Assembly: GCA_045591865.1 (NCBI GenBank)
Contig: JAZNTQ010000112.1
Coordinates: 1-40,580, forward strand
Direction: 5' to 3'
Origin: Clostridia bacterium
GTDB lineage: Bacteria > Bacillota > Clostridia > UMGS1883
Length of the DNA stretch: 40,580 bases
Under the pieces are notes generated by a model. The model saw only the letters and a program-made list of their open reading frames with translations. It was not told the origin of the DNA and made no database searches. Within the stretch, counting starts at the first letter, position 1; each line of letters opens with the position of its first letter. The position numbers were made by a program, and so were the translations under genes. This document shows positions 9,151 to 18,332 of this stretch, piece by piece.

Positions 9151-10314
9151 ATGGGAAGAAGATTTAATCTGTTTAGCTTTCTTGAAAAGAAAATGACAAA
9201 TGCCGAGTTTGCCGCCGTGATTAGCAAAGTAATGAGCGAAACGGCTTTCCGTGAAATGGCATTGCATATCGCTATATCGTATATCGCAAATACCTTGAGT
9301 AAATGCGAGATAAAGACATACGAAAACGGCGAAGAAGTCAAGGGCAAGCTATATTACCGTTTGAATGTATCACCGAATCACAACGAAAATTCAAGCCAAT
9401 TTATAAACAAGTTTATTGAGCGGTACTATTATGACGGTGAAGTGCTGGTAGTAAAGCACGATGATATGTTGTATTGCGCGGACAATTTCTCTTGTGATGA
9501 AACAAAGCCGCTTAAAGAGTTTGTTTATGAGAACATAACGATTGACGGGCAATCGTTGAGGGGCAAGCACAAGGCGGGCGATGTATTCCGTTTCAAGCTC
9601 GACAACGAGCACACGCGAAGACTTGTAGACTTGCTCGGCGATAAGTATAGCGAACTTATGGGACTTGCTATGGCGAGCTTCAAGCGCACCAACGGCAAGA
9701 AGTACAAGTTGATACACGAGCGAGCGCAATCGGGCGATACGGCATTCAACGAGGATTACAAGAAGATGCTTCAAGAGCAGTTGAGGGCATTTATCGAAAC
9801 CGAAAACGCGGTATATCAGCAGTACAAGGGGCAAACGCTTGAAGAATTTTCAACGGCAACACCGACAAACTCAAGCGACATTATCGCTTTACGAAAAGAG
9901 ATTTTTGAAACAACCGCACAGGCTTTCAAGATTCCTCTAACAATGATGTACGGCAATATAACCAATATGGACGAGATTGTCAAAGTGTATTTGTCGATTT
10001 GCATTGATCCGTTGGCTGATATGTTAAGCGAAGAATTTACCCGCAAGTATTACACATACGAAGAGTGGGAAAAAGGTTGCTACATTGAGGTTGACACTTC
10101 TTGTATCAAGTACGTTGATATCTTGGACGTTGCCGACAAAGCGGATAAGGCTATTGCATCGGGACTTACAAGCATTGACGAATTGAGACCGAGAGTTAAG
10201 CTGAAACCTCTTAACACCAAATTCAGTACAAGTCATTTTATAACCAAAAACTATGAACTTGCTGAAAGAGTTTTATCGGGTGAGAAAGGGGGTGAGTATG
10301 AATGGGAAAGATGA
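9151..10314 (+). CDS. portal protein
   Basis: position after terL; RLNVSPN and AFKIP motifs; 387 aa. Confidence 0.9.
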   Translation: MGRRFNLFSFLEKKMTNAEFAAVISKVMSETAFREMALHIAISYIANTLSKCEIKTYENGEEVKGKLYYRLNVSPNHNENSSQFINKFIERYYYDGEVLVVKHDDMLYCADNFSCDETKPLKEFVYENITIDGQSLRGKHKAGDVFRFKLDNEHTRRLVDLLGDKYSELMGLAMASFKRTNGKKYKLIHERAQSGDTAFNEDYKKMLQEQLRAFIETENAVYQQYKGQTLEEFSTATPTNSSDIIALRKEIFETTAQAFKIPLTMMYGNITNMDEIVKVYLSICIDPLADMLSEEFTRKYYTYEEWEKGCYIEVDTSCIKYVDILDVADKADKAIASGLTSIDELRPRVKLKPLNTKFSTSHFITKNYELAERVLSGEKGGEYEWER

Positions 10315-11156
10315 GCGAAAAGTTTTACTCTTTGGAGAAGAACGGGAACGCGCTTGACGTGTATATCTTCGGCGAAATAACTTCTAATCCGTGGTTTGAC
10401 GGTGATGTGTCGGAACATTCGATTATCTCTCAAATAGCGGGGGCTGACGTTGACCGTATTGATGTTCACTTGTCAAGCTATGGCGGCGAAGTAAAATGCG
10501 GTGTTGCTATTTACAACGCGCTCAAGGCACACAAAGCGAAAGTAAGAACTATTGCCGATAGTCTTGTTTGCTCTGTTGCTTCCGTCATATTTATGGCGGG
10601 CGATGAAAGAATTATGAAAAAGGCTTCGGCACTTATGGTGCATAACGCTTGGGTTGAAACGTGGGGCAACGCTAAAGAACTGCGAAAAGCGGCAGATGAC
10701 CTTGACAAAATCACGCAGTTATGCGTAGCGGCATACGTTGAAAACTCCAAACTAACCGAGGAAGAAATCAAGAATCTATTGGACGGAGAAACTTACATAT
10801 CTCCCGAAGAAGCCCTTGAATACGGTTTTGCAACAGCGATTGAAGAAAGCAAGAACGCAAACGCAAGTCAAAGCGCGTTTATGTGTGTAATCGACATTCT
10901 CAAAAAGCACAAGCAAGAAGCCGACACAAAGGAAGCTGACGAGGACGAGAAGCCGAACACTGATGAGGACGAAACCACGGACAGCACCACGGACACCGAG
11001 AGCGGAAACACGGACGAGGAAGAAACCACGGACGATGAAAGCTCCGATGATACCGAAGAAGACGAGCCGACCGATGATGAAGAGGACGGCGAAGAAAACA
11101 AACAAAAAGCTGAACAAAGTATCAGCGCATTATTTAACGCAATTCTAAAAATGTAA
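10302..11156 (+). CDS. ClpP-like prohead protease with acidic C-terminal linker
   Basis: LSSYGGEV, CSVASVIFMAGD, LMVHN, ETYISPEEALEYGFA; D/E/T-rich tail. Confidence 0.9.
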   Translation: MGKMSEKFYSLEKNGNALDVYIFGEITSNPWFDGDVSEHSIISQIAGADVDRIDVHLSSYGGEVKCGVAIYNALKAHKAKVRTIADSLVCSVASVIFMAGDERIMKKASALMVHNAWVETWGNAKELRKAADDLDKITQLCVAAYVENSKLTEEEIKNLLDGETYISPEEALEYGFATAIEESKNANASQSAFMCVIDILKKHKQEADTKEADEDEKPNTDEDETTDSTTDTESGNTDEEETTDDESSDDTEEDEPTDDEEDGEENKQKAEQSISALFNAILKM

Positions 11157-11170
11157 AGGAGAAAAAAGAA

Positions 11171-12361
11171 ATGAGAAAGTTTGCAGATGAAAAGCAGAGC
11201 ATCAACGAAATTGTTGCCGCTATGAAGAGCGGTGACGAAAAGGCAATTCAGAGCGCGTGGGAGAGTTTCCACAACTCTATTGCCGCAGAGGTAAAGGCAG
11301 ATTTTGAGGAGCTTCAAGATACTCACGATGCCGCAGTATTGGCACAGCGTGGCTACAGACAGCTCACCAGCAACGAAACAAAGTGGTATCAGAAGGTTAT
11401 CACCGCTCTCAAGAGTGCTAATCCCAAACAGGCATTTACCGCTATTATCGGTAGCGATAACGAAGAAGACCTTATGCCTACCACGATTATTGAGGACGTT
11501 TACAAGAATCTCAAGGAAGAGTATCCGCTTCTCAAGGCGATTAACTTCCAGCACGTAGGCTATATCACAAAGTGGATATTGAACGACCACAGCGCACAGA
11601 ACGCAGTATGGGGAACTATCACAGCCGAGATTACGAAAGAGATTACTTCTTCTTTCAAGGTTGTTGACATCAATCAAAATAAGCTTTCCGCTTATGCGGT
11701 TATTGAGCTTGGTATGCTTGACCTCGGTCCTGTATTCCTTGACGGCTATATCCGCACTGTACTTGCAGAAGCAATAATGAGCGGTCTTGAGCTTGCTATT
11801 ATTGGCGGCTCTGGCAAGGACGAGCCTATCGGACTTATCAAGGATATTCACGAGGGTGTTTCCTATTCGTCCACTACGGGATATCCCGACAAGGCTCTTG
11901 AAGTTGTTAAGGACTTCACTCCCGCAACCTACGGCGCACTTGTCGCAAAGATGGCAACGACCGAAGCGGGCAAAAAGAGAAAGTTTAGCAAAGTTGCTCT
12001 TGTTTGCAATATGACTGACTATCTCACAAAGGTTATGCCCGCAACGACCGTGCTTAACGCAAGCGGCGCGTATGTGAACAATCTTTTCCCGTTCGCAACC
12101 GATGTTTATGTTTCCAACGCTCTTGACGATGGTAAAGCTGTTATGTTCCTGCCCGAAGAGTATTTCCTCGGTATGGGCGGCACGAAGAACGGCGTAATTG
12201 AGTATTCCGATGAATACAAATTCCTTGAAGATCAGAGAGTCTTTAAGATTAAGCAGTACGGCGCGGGCAGAGCGTTCGACAACACTTCCGCTCTTTACCT
12301 TGATATTAGCGGTCTTGAACCCGCTTATATCACAGTTAAGAACACCGAAATAACCGCGTGA
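11171..12361 (+). CDS. major capsid protein (HK97 fold)
   Basis: position after protease; MPTTIIEDV, G.G...PIG motifs; 396 aa. Confidence 0.9.
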   Translation: MRKFADEKQSINEIVAAMKSGDEKAIQSAWESFHNSIAAEVKADFEELQDTHDAAVLAQRGYRQLTSNETKWYQKVITALKSANPKQAFTAIIGSDNEEDLMPTTIIEDVYKNLKEEYPLLKAINFQHVGYITKWILNDHSAQNAVWGTITAEITKEITSSFKVVDINQNKLSAYAVIELGMLDLGPVFLDGYIRTVLAEAIMSGLELAIIGGSGKDEPIGLIKDIHEGVSYSSTTGYPDKALEVVKDFTPATYGALVAKMATTEAGKKRKFSKVALVCNMTDYLTKVMPATTVLNASGAYVNNLFPFATDVYVSNALDDGKAVMFLPEEYFLGMGGTKNGVIEYSDEYKFLEDQRVFKIKQYGAGRAFDNTSALYLDISGLEPAYITVKNTEITA

Positions 12362-12386
12362 GCCTTATCTTGTGAGGTGATGAGCA

Positions 12387-12698
12387 ATGACAGAGACACT
12401 TTATAAGCAAGTCAAAGGCAAGCTGAACATCACTTGGGAAGATGAGGAAACCGCCGCAAGGTTGAACAACATTATCAATTCGGCTATCCCCGACCTTATT
12501 CACAGGCTGGGGATAACCGATAACGATTTTGATTTTAGCGTTGGCGGCGCGGAGAATACGCTGTTCCTTGCTTATTGCCTTTATGAGTGGAATCACGCTT
12601 TGAACGAGTGGGAAGACAACTATTCAAAGATGATAGCACAAGTGAGAGCAAAGCACGAAGTCACGCAGTACCTTGAAAGCGGGGAAGCCGATGAATAA
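12387..12698 (+). CDS. head-tail connector (gp6-like)
   Basis: VKGKLNITWEDE motif; synteny. Confidence 0.75.
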   Translation: MTETLYKQVKGKLNITWEDEETAARLNNIINSAIPDLIHRLGITDNDFDFSVGGAENTLFLAYCLYEWNHALNEWEDNYSKMIAQVRAKHEVTQYLESGEADE

Positions 12699-13038
12699 AA
12701 CAAAATTCAGTAAATACAATGACGGCATTATTTCGGTATACCGAGAGAAGCCGAGACGGACGGACTTTAACGCAAAGCAAAATGTTTCCGCTCTTGACGA
12801 TATGGATTTTGTTGTAAAGCTGGCATTTGAAGAAGCTTCAAGGCGCGAACAAGATATTGACTTCGCGGAGCAAATGGGCTTTGCGCTTACGCTTAAAGTG
12901 CGAACACGATATTTTGACGGAGTGGATAACAAGTGCAAAGCGGTTATCGGCGGCTATTTGTACGATGTTTCTTATGTGGATAAGACACGGACGGAAATGT
13001 GGCTGTATTTAGAGGGGGTGCGAAAGATTGATACTTGA
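12691..13038 (+). CDS. head closure protein
   Basis: synteny; YDVSYVD C-terminal motif. Confidence 0.65.
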   Translation: MNKTKFSKYNDGIISVYREKPRRTDFNAKQNVSALDDMDFVVKLAFEEASRREQDIDFAEQMGFALTLKVRTRYFDGVDNKCKAVIGGYLYDVSYVDKTRTEMWLYLEGVRKIDT

Positions 13039-13378
13039 TGATATCAAAAATCAGCTTGAAACGATTGATCCGCGAGTATTTTACGGAATGGTTGACAGCG
13101 AAGAAGTAAAGGAAACCGTATGGGATTATATCGTTTTCAACCGCACTAAATTCAGAACAACGGGCAATAAAACGGGATATGCTGACGGGTACGATGTTCA
13201 CATTGTGCGTGAGAACTTTGTCCCCGAGGGAGTTGACCTTGAGGTGATAGAGAAAATGGAAGCTATCCACGGCTTGAGATTTGCCAGCGAAGACGGGGAC
13301 TACAACTACATAATGAAGCCGAATACAAACATTGTTGTTGAAATGCTGACATTACATTTCGTGAGAGCGAGAAAATGA
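13028..13378 (+). CDS. neck/tail completion protein
   Basis: synteny in the head-tail block. Confidence 0.55.
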   Translation: MILDDIKNQLETIDPRVFYGMVDSEEVKETVWDYIVFNRTKFRTTGNKTGYADGYDVHIVRENFVPEGVDLEVIEKMEAIHGLRFASEDGDYNYIMKPNTNIVVEMLTLHFVRARK

Positions 13379-13791
13379 GCAAGACGGGCTTTATACAAAT
13401 GAGCGTTGCCGAATTTGAAAAACTGCAATCGGCAATGAAAGAGTATCAAGGCGATGTGGAAGCCACTATCAATAACGTGTTACACAATCAAGGCGGCGCA
13501 CTTATTCAAGAGTCGATACAACGGCTTATTCCCGTGTCGGGTAAGTCTTGGAAAGGCAAAGCACCAGCCGCGAAGACAAGCAAATCATTACAGAGTATCA
13601 ACACTAATTTAGCCGTAGCGGTCACCACAACGAAAAGGTATCAATATTTGTACTTCCCCAATGATGGAACAAATACAAGGCGGCACGTAGGAAATCAGCG
13701 TTTCTTTGAAGAGGGCGGCGAAGCCGTCAAAGATGAAATCATCGAAAGATGTATCGGTAAACTAACAAATAATTTTGAAAAAGGAGTATAG
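13375..13791 (+). CDS. HK97 gp10-like tail component
   Basis: IPVSG...YLYFPNDGT...QRFFEEG; synteny. Confidence 0.6.
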   Translation: MSKTGFIQMSVAEFEKLQSAMKEYQGDVEATINNVLHNQGGALIQESIQRLIPVSGKSWKGKAPAAKTSKSLQSINTNLAVAVTTTKRYQYLYFPNDGTNTRRHVGNQRFFEEGGEAVKDEIIERCIGKLTNNFEKGV

Positions 13792-13795
13792 AAAA

Positions 13796-14362
13796 ATGAC
13801 AAACGGAGTTTTTTCGGATTTTGAACTCGACAAGCTCGGTATTAAATTCAAGAACAAGACCGAGTATCAGAGCGTAAATTGCGTAGGCTCTTGCGAGGAG
13901 GAAATGGAATCCAAAGTTATCACAAAGTCTTGTCGCGGTATCGTTGTCAAGAAGATTGTTAAGGGTACGGGCAATGGCTCTTTGAAAATCACGGCGCATA
14001 TTCCGTGGGAAGTTTATACGGAGTTTTACGGAATGAATCTTGACACGCTTATTAAGGGCGTAAAGGCATACGGCAAGAACTCTGTTCACGAGAGCTTCGG
14101 CGCGGTTATGCACGTAAATGACGAGGACGGCGAAGAAAAATACAAGGCATATCCTAATTGCATTATGGAAACGGGTGTTGTTCGCAAGATTGAGAACGGC
14201 GCGGAAGAAGTTGCAGAGCTTGAAATAACAGCATCGGTTATGCCCGATGAGTTTGGCAACGGTCTGTATGAAGCTCTTGCAAGTGAGGTGGACGAGGATA
14301 TAGCGGCGCAGTGGATGAGCGCGTTCACTCCCGAACTTGTACAGTCGGTTACAACGGCATAA
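13796..14362 (+). CDS. major tail protein
   Basis: synteny; 188 aa; AEEVAELEIT...PDEFGNGLYE; RBS AAGGAG. Confidence 0.8.
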   Translation: MTNGVFSDFELDKLGIKFKNKTEYQSVNCVGSCEEEMESKVITKSCRGIVVKKIVKGTGNGSLKITAHIPWEVYTEFYGMNLDTLIKGVKAYGKNSVHESFGAVMHVNDEDGEEKYKAYPNCIMETGVVRKIENGAEEVAELEITASVMPDEFGNGLYEALASEVDEDIAAQWMSAFTPELVQSVTTA

Positions 14363-14380
14363 TCGAAAGGAGACTTTGAA

Positions 14381-14548
14381 ATGAAAGTAAAGGTTATAAA
14401 GAAATTCAGAGATAAGTACAGTGGCGAATACTATAAGGTTGGTAAAATACTTGTAATTTCCAAAGAGCGTTATGACGAGATTATTAAAGTCGCTCCCCTC
14501 GTGGAAGAAGTCAAGGACACCAAAAAGGCAAAGAACACCACTGAATAA
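14381..14548 (+). CDS. 55-aa small protein (absent from ORF track)
   Basis: RBS GAAAGGAG; MKVKVIKKFRDKYSGEYYKVG...SKERYDEI. Confidence 0.7.
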   Translation: MKVKVIKKFRDKYSGEYYKVGKILVISKERYDEIIKVAPLVEEVKDTKKAKNTTE

Positions 14549-14555
14549 TAAAACG

Positions 14556-14587
14556 GGGGTGTTGTCAAACGATAACACCCCTTTATT
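14556..14587 (+). terminator. hairpin terminator/processing site after the major tail genes
   Basis: GGGGTGTTGTC-AAAC-GATAACACCCC followed by TTTATT. Confidence 0.6.
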
Positions 14588-14606
14588 CAACAAAGGAGAA
14601 TGAAAA

Positions 14607-14948
14607 ATGGATAAAATGGCACTTGCTACAAAATACACTTTCGAATTTTATGACGGCACTACTTGCGAAATGACACTTGCGTTTATTCGTCTTAAGATGC
14701 TTGCAAGTAAAAACAAATCACTTTATGACCGTTGTCAAAAGGTAATGGCGAACGGCGGTAAAGATGAGTTTGATACGCTGGCAGTCCTTTATGCCGCGTA
14801 TGTTTGCGCTAACTTGGATAGCGATAATCTTATGACGGAAGATGAATTCATTGAGAAGTGCGGCTGTGATAGACAAGCTCTTATGGATGCATTACAGGCT
14901 TTGACAACCCCAAAAAAACAGAAGGCTTCCGCAGACCGTTCAAATTAA
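14607..14948 (+). CDS. tail assembly chaperone (gpG-like)
   Basis: position between major tail and tape measure genes; slippery site near the 3' end. Confidence 0.8.
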   Translation: MDKMALATKYTFEFYDGTTCEMTLAFIRLKMLASKNKSLYDRCQKVMANGGKDEFDTLAVLYAAYVCANLDSDNLMTEDEFIEKCGCDRQALMDALQALTTPKKQKASADRSN

Positions 14949-15175
14949 GAACACACTCGCGGAAGCAGACAGTTAAGCCGCCCGAATTTATTTTAGAGGA
15001 TATTGAGGATTATTATACCTATTATGTTTTAATTCTTGAAATACCCGAAGATATATTTTGGTATGCGGATTACTCCTTTTTGCAAGGAGTGGTTGAGAAC
15101 AAAACCGCCTATGACGGGTGGCTGAATTATGTTCTTGAAAGAGAAAGAGAAAAGAATCGCCCGAAAAAGAGGTGA
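14607..15175 (+). CDS. tail assembly chaperone, -1 frameshift product (gpGT-like)
   Basis: C CCA AAA at 14909-14915; -1 frame stays open to TGA 15173-15175. Confidence 0.8.
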
Positions 15176-15184
15176 TAAATAAGT

Positions 15185-18100
15185 ATGGCGAAAAACGAAG
15201 CAAAAATAAAATTTACGGCGGAAACGGGCGAGTTTAACAGCGCAATCAAACAGGCAAATGACGAGATGGGGCAACTGCGGGCGGAACTCAAGCTCAATGA
15301 AGCGCAAATGAAAAGCACGGGGGCATCCGTTGAAGCTCTTGAGCAACAGCATAGTTTGCTTGAAAGTCAGTTGAAAGCATCGCAGAGCAAGACCGAAGCA
15401 TTGACGGCAAAGGTTGCAAAGGCTGTTGAAATATACGGCGAAAACTCTGCCGAGGTAACGAAGTTAAAAACACAGCTCGCGAACGCTCAAACAGCCGAAA
15501 CAAAAATCAGACAAGCTATTGCGAAGTGTAACAAAGAGCTTGACGAGCAAAAGCGAGCCGCCAAAGAAAGCAAGAGCGCAACGGCACAACTGACAGACAA
15601 GATCGAAGAGCAACAGAGCGAAGTCGATAAGCTCAAGAAAGATTATGTGGAAGCCGTGTTGCAGTTTGGCAAGACTTCCAAAGAAGCGAGAGACCTTGCG
15701 AGGGAAATAGACGATTTATCGGACGAACTGAAACAGAGCAAAAGAGCGTTTTCCGATGCTTCCAAAGAAGCTGACAAGCTCGACAATAGTCTTGACGATG
15801 CGGGAAATGCCGCCGAAGGTAGCGCGGGCGGTTTTACAATCGCAAAGGGAGCTATCGCGGATTTAGCTTCACAAGCTATTCAAGCGGCTATTGGTAAAAT
15901 CAAAGAGTTTATCGGCTGGCTCAAGGAATTACCCGAAGCAACGCGAGAACTTCGACAGGATATGGCAACGCTTGAAACCTCGTTCGAAACTGCTGGCTTT
16001 TCCACGGCGCAAGCAACAAACACGTGGAAAGAGCTGTACAAGGTTTTCGGCGAGGACGATAGAGCCGTAGAAGCCGCAAACCTTATCGCGAAATTCGCGG
16101 ATAATCAAAAAGACCTTAATTCGTGGGTGCGAATTACTAAAGGTGTTTGGGGTAGTTATCAAGATTCGTTGCCCGTTGAGGGATTAGCGGAAGCGGCGAA
16201 CGAAACCGCAAAGACGGGAGCGGTCACGGGTGTTCTTGCCGATGCTCTTAACTGGAGCGCAAAAGAGGGCGAGACCTACGGGGTAAAGCTCAAAAAGAAC
16301 ACCAAAGCGAACGAGGAATGGAACAAGGCGGTAGAATCGGCAACGACCGCCGAGGACTTTTTCAATTTAGCTTTGTCGGAATGCTCAACCGAGCAAGAAC
16401 GGCAACAGCTAATTACTGAAACGCTGACAGAACTTTACGGCGGCGCGGCGGATAAGTACGAAGAAGCATCGGGGGCACTAACCGAGGAAAAAGAAGTTGC
16501 CGCCGAAACTCTGCTTGTGCAGAATGAGCTTGCTGAATCAGTTGCACCGCTTACAACGGCTTGGCAAGGAATGAAAAATGAAATACTTTCGGGACTTCTC
16601 CCCGCCGTACAAAAATTTAGCGATTGGGGAGTAAGTGCTATCGGGTGGATGAAAGAACACCCCGTACTGATGAAAGTATTGGCGGCGGTAATCGGAGTTG
16701 TCGCGGCGGCTCTCGGTGCGCTGGTTATCGTTGTCACGGCTTACACGATAGCGCAATGGGCGATGAACTCGGCAATATTGGCGAATCCGATAACGTGGAT
16801 TATTGTTGCGATTGTCGCGGCGATAGCGGCAATTGTGGCTATTATCGTGCTTGTTATTGAGTATTGGGATCAGATAAAAGCGGCTGTTCTCAGCGCTTGT
16901 ACAGCTATTTGGAATGCCATTAAAACCGCTTGGGATTGGATTTGCAATCTCTTCACAGGCATTGGAGAATGGATAAATACGAATGTTATTCAGCCCGTTG
17001 CAAACTTCTTTACAGGCTTATGGGACGGAATTGTATCGGGCTGTCAAGCCGCTTGGGATTGGATTTGCAATATATTCACATCGGTTGTTGATTGGGTGAA
17101 TACCAACGTTATACAGCCTGTTGTGAATTTCTTCACAGGATTGTGGGATTCGATAAAAAACATTTGGAATAACATTTGTAACGCGGTACAAGTCGCGATA
17201 ATGTTTATCGGCTCTATCATCTCTGCCGCTTGGAATATCATTACCTTGCCTTTCCGCTTTATTTGGGAGAACTGCAAGCAATATGTATTTGCGGCTTGGG
17301 AGTGGATTAAAAACGCTGTAACAACGGCGATAAATGCCGTGAAAACCACCATCACAAACGTAATGAATGCAATCAAAAATTTCCTATCCCCGATTTTGAA
17401 CGCTATCAAAAATGCGTTTACAACCGCTTGGAACGCTATCAAGTCAGCCGTTACAACTGCCGTAAATGCGGTTAAATCTGTTGTGACTTCGGTTTGGAAT
17501 GCTATCAAGTCGGCGGTAACAACCGTTATGAACGCGATTAAATCGGCGATAACTACCGCGTGGAATGCGATTAAATCAGCCGTAACAACCGCCGTGAACG
17601 CTATCAAGTCAGCAGTAACAGCCGCTTGGAATGCCGTTAAAACCGCCGTTACAAGCGTTTTGAACGGTATCAAAAATACGGTTGTCAGCGTTTGGAATGG
17701 AATCAAAAACACAATATCCAACGTAGTAAACGGCATTAAAAACACAGTTTCCAACGCTTTTAACGCGGTCAAAAATACAGCCGTGAGAATATGGAACGGT
17801 GTTAAAAATGCAATTATGACACCGATAAACGCGGCGAAAGATGCGGTAAAATCGGCGATTGATAAAATCAAGGGCTTTTTTGATAATCTGAAAATCAAAT
17901 TCCCGAATATCAAGCTCCCGCACTTCAAGATTACAGGCAAATTCAGCCTTGATCCGCCCTCTGTTCCGAAGCTGGGCATTGATTGGTACAGCAAGGCAAT
18001 GACAAGCCCGATGATTTTGAACAGCGCAACTATTTTCGGACACGCTAACGGCAGATTGTTAGGCGGCGGCGAAGCGGGAAGCGAAATGATAGGCGGTACA

Positions 18101-18313
18101 AATACCGTTATGCAGATGATTCAAAGCGCGGTTGATAGGTCAATGCAGTCAATGAACATTAGTGCGCTGGCGGCGGCTATTGAAGATTTGGCAAACAGAC
18201 CTATTGAACTCGGTATCAACGGCAGACAGTTTGCACTTGCTACGGCGGGAGATAGTGACCGAGTAAACGGAATGAGAAACCGCATTATCGAACGCGGAGT
18301 ATTACTCGATTAA
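15185..18313 (+). CDS. tape measure protein
   Basis: 1042 aa; coiled-coil N-terminus, hydrophobic segments, 11-aa W/A repeats. Confidence 0.95.
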   Translation: MAKNEAKIKFTAETGEFNSAIKQANDEMGQLRAELKLNEAQMKSTGASVEALEQQHSLLESQLKASQSKTEALTAKVAKAVEIYGENSAEVTKLKTQLANAQTAETKIRQAIAKCNKELDEQKRAAKESKSATAQLTDKIEEQQSEVDKLKKDYVEAVLQFGKTSKEARDLAREIDDLSDELKQSKRAFSDASKEADKLDNSLDDAGNAAEGSAGGFTIAKGAIADLASQAIQAAIGKIKEFIGWLKELPEATRELRQDMATLETSFETAGFSTAQATNTWKELYKVFGEDDRAVEAANLIAKFADNQKDLNSWVRITKGVWGSYQDSLPVEGLAEAANETAKTGAVTGVLADALNWSAKEGETYGVKLKKNTKANEEWNKAVESATTAEDFFNLALSECSTEQERQQLITETLTELYGGAADKYEEASGALTEEKEVAAETLLVQNELAESVAPLTTAWQGMKNEILSGLLPAVQKFSDWGVSAIGWMKEHPVLMKVLAAVIGVVAAALGALVIVVTAYTIAQWAMNSAILANPITWIIVAIVAAIAAIVAIIVLVIEYWDQIKAAVLSACTAIWNAIKTAWDWICNLFTGIGEWINTNVIQPVANFFTGLWDGIVSGCQAAWDWICNIFTSVVDWVNTNVIQPVVNFFTGLWDSIKNIWNNICNAVQVAIMFIGSIISAAWNIITLPFRFIWENCKQYVFAAWEWIKNAVTTAINAVKTTITNVMNAIKNFLSPILNAIKNAFTTAWNAIKSAVTTAVNAVKSVVTSVWNAIKSAVTTVMNAIKSAITTAWNAIKSAVTTAVNAIKSAVTAAWNAVKTAVTSVLNGIKNTVVSVWNGIKNTISNVVNGIKNTVSNAFNAVKNTAVRIWNGVKNAIMTPINAAKDAVKSAIDKIKGFFDNLKIKFPNIKLPHFKITGKFSLDPPSVPKLGIDWYSKAMTSPMILNSATIFGHANGRLLGGGEAGSEMIGGTNTVMQMIQSAVDRSMQSMNISALAAAIEDLANRPIELGINGRQFALATAGDSDRVNGMRNRIIERGVLLD

Positions 18314-18332
18314 AGAAAGGAGAACGAATAGT

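Noticed and set aside
10915-11100. Acidic low-complexity stretch as a novel element
   Set aside because: Best explained as a disordered linker/scaffold tail of the prohead protease
16860-17860. 33-nt and ~120-nt periodic repeats
   Set aside because: Ordinary tape-measure W/A repeats
10868-17994. Long minus-strand ORFs (10868-11851, 13739-14638, 17044-17994)
   Set aside because: Antisense shadows of well-supported structural genes, with no recognisable motifs
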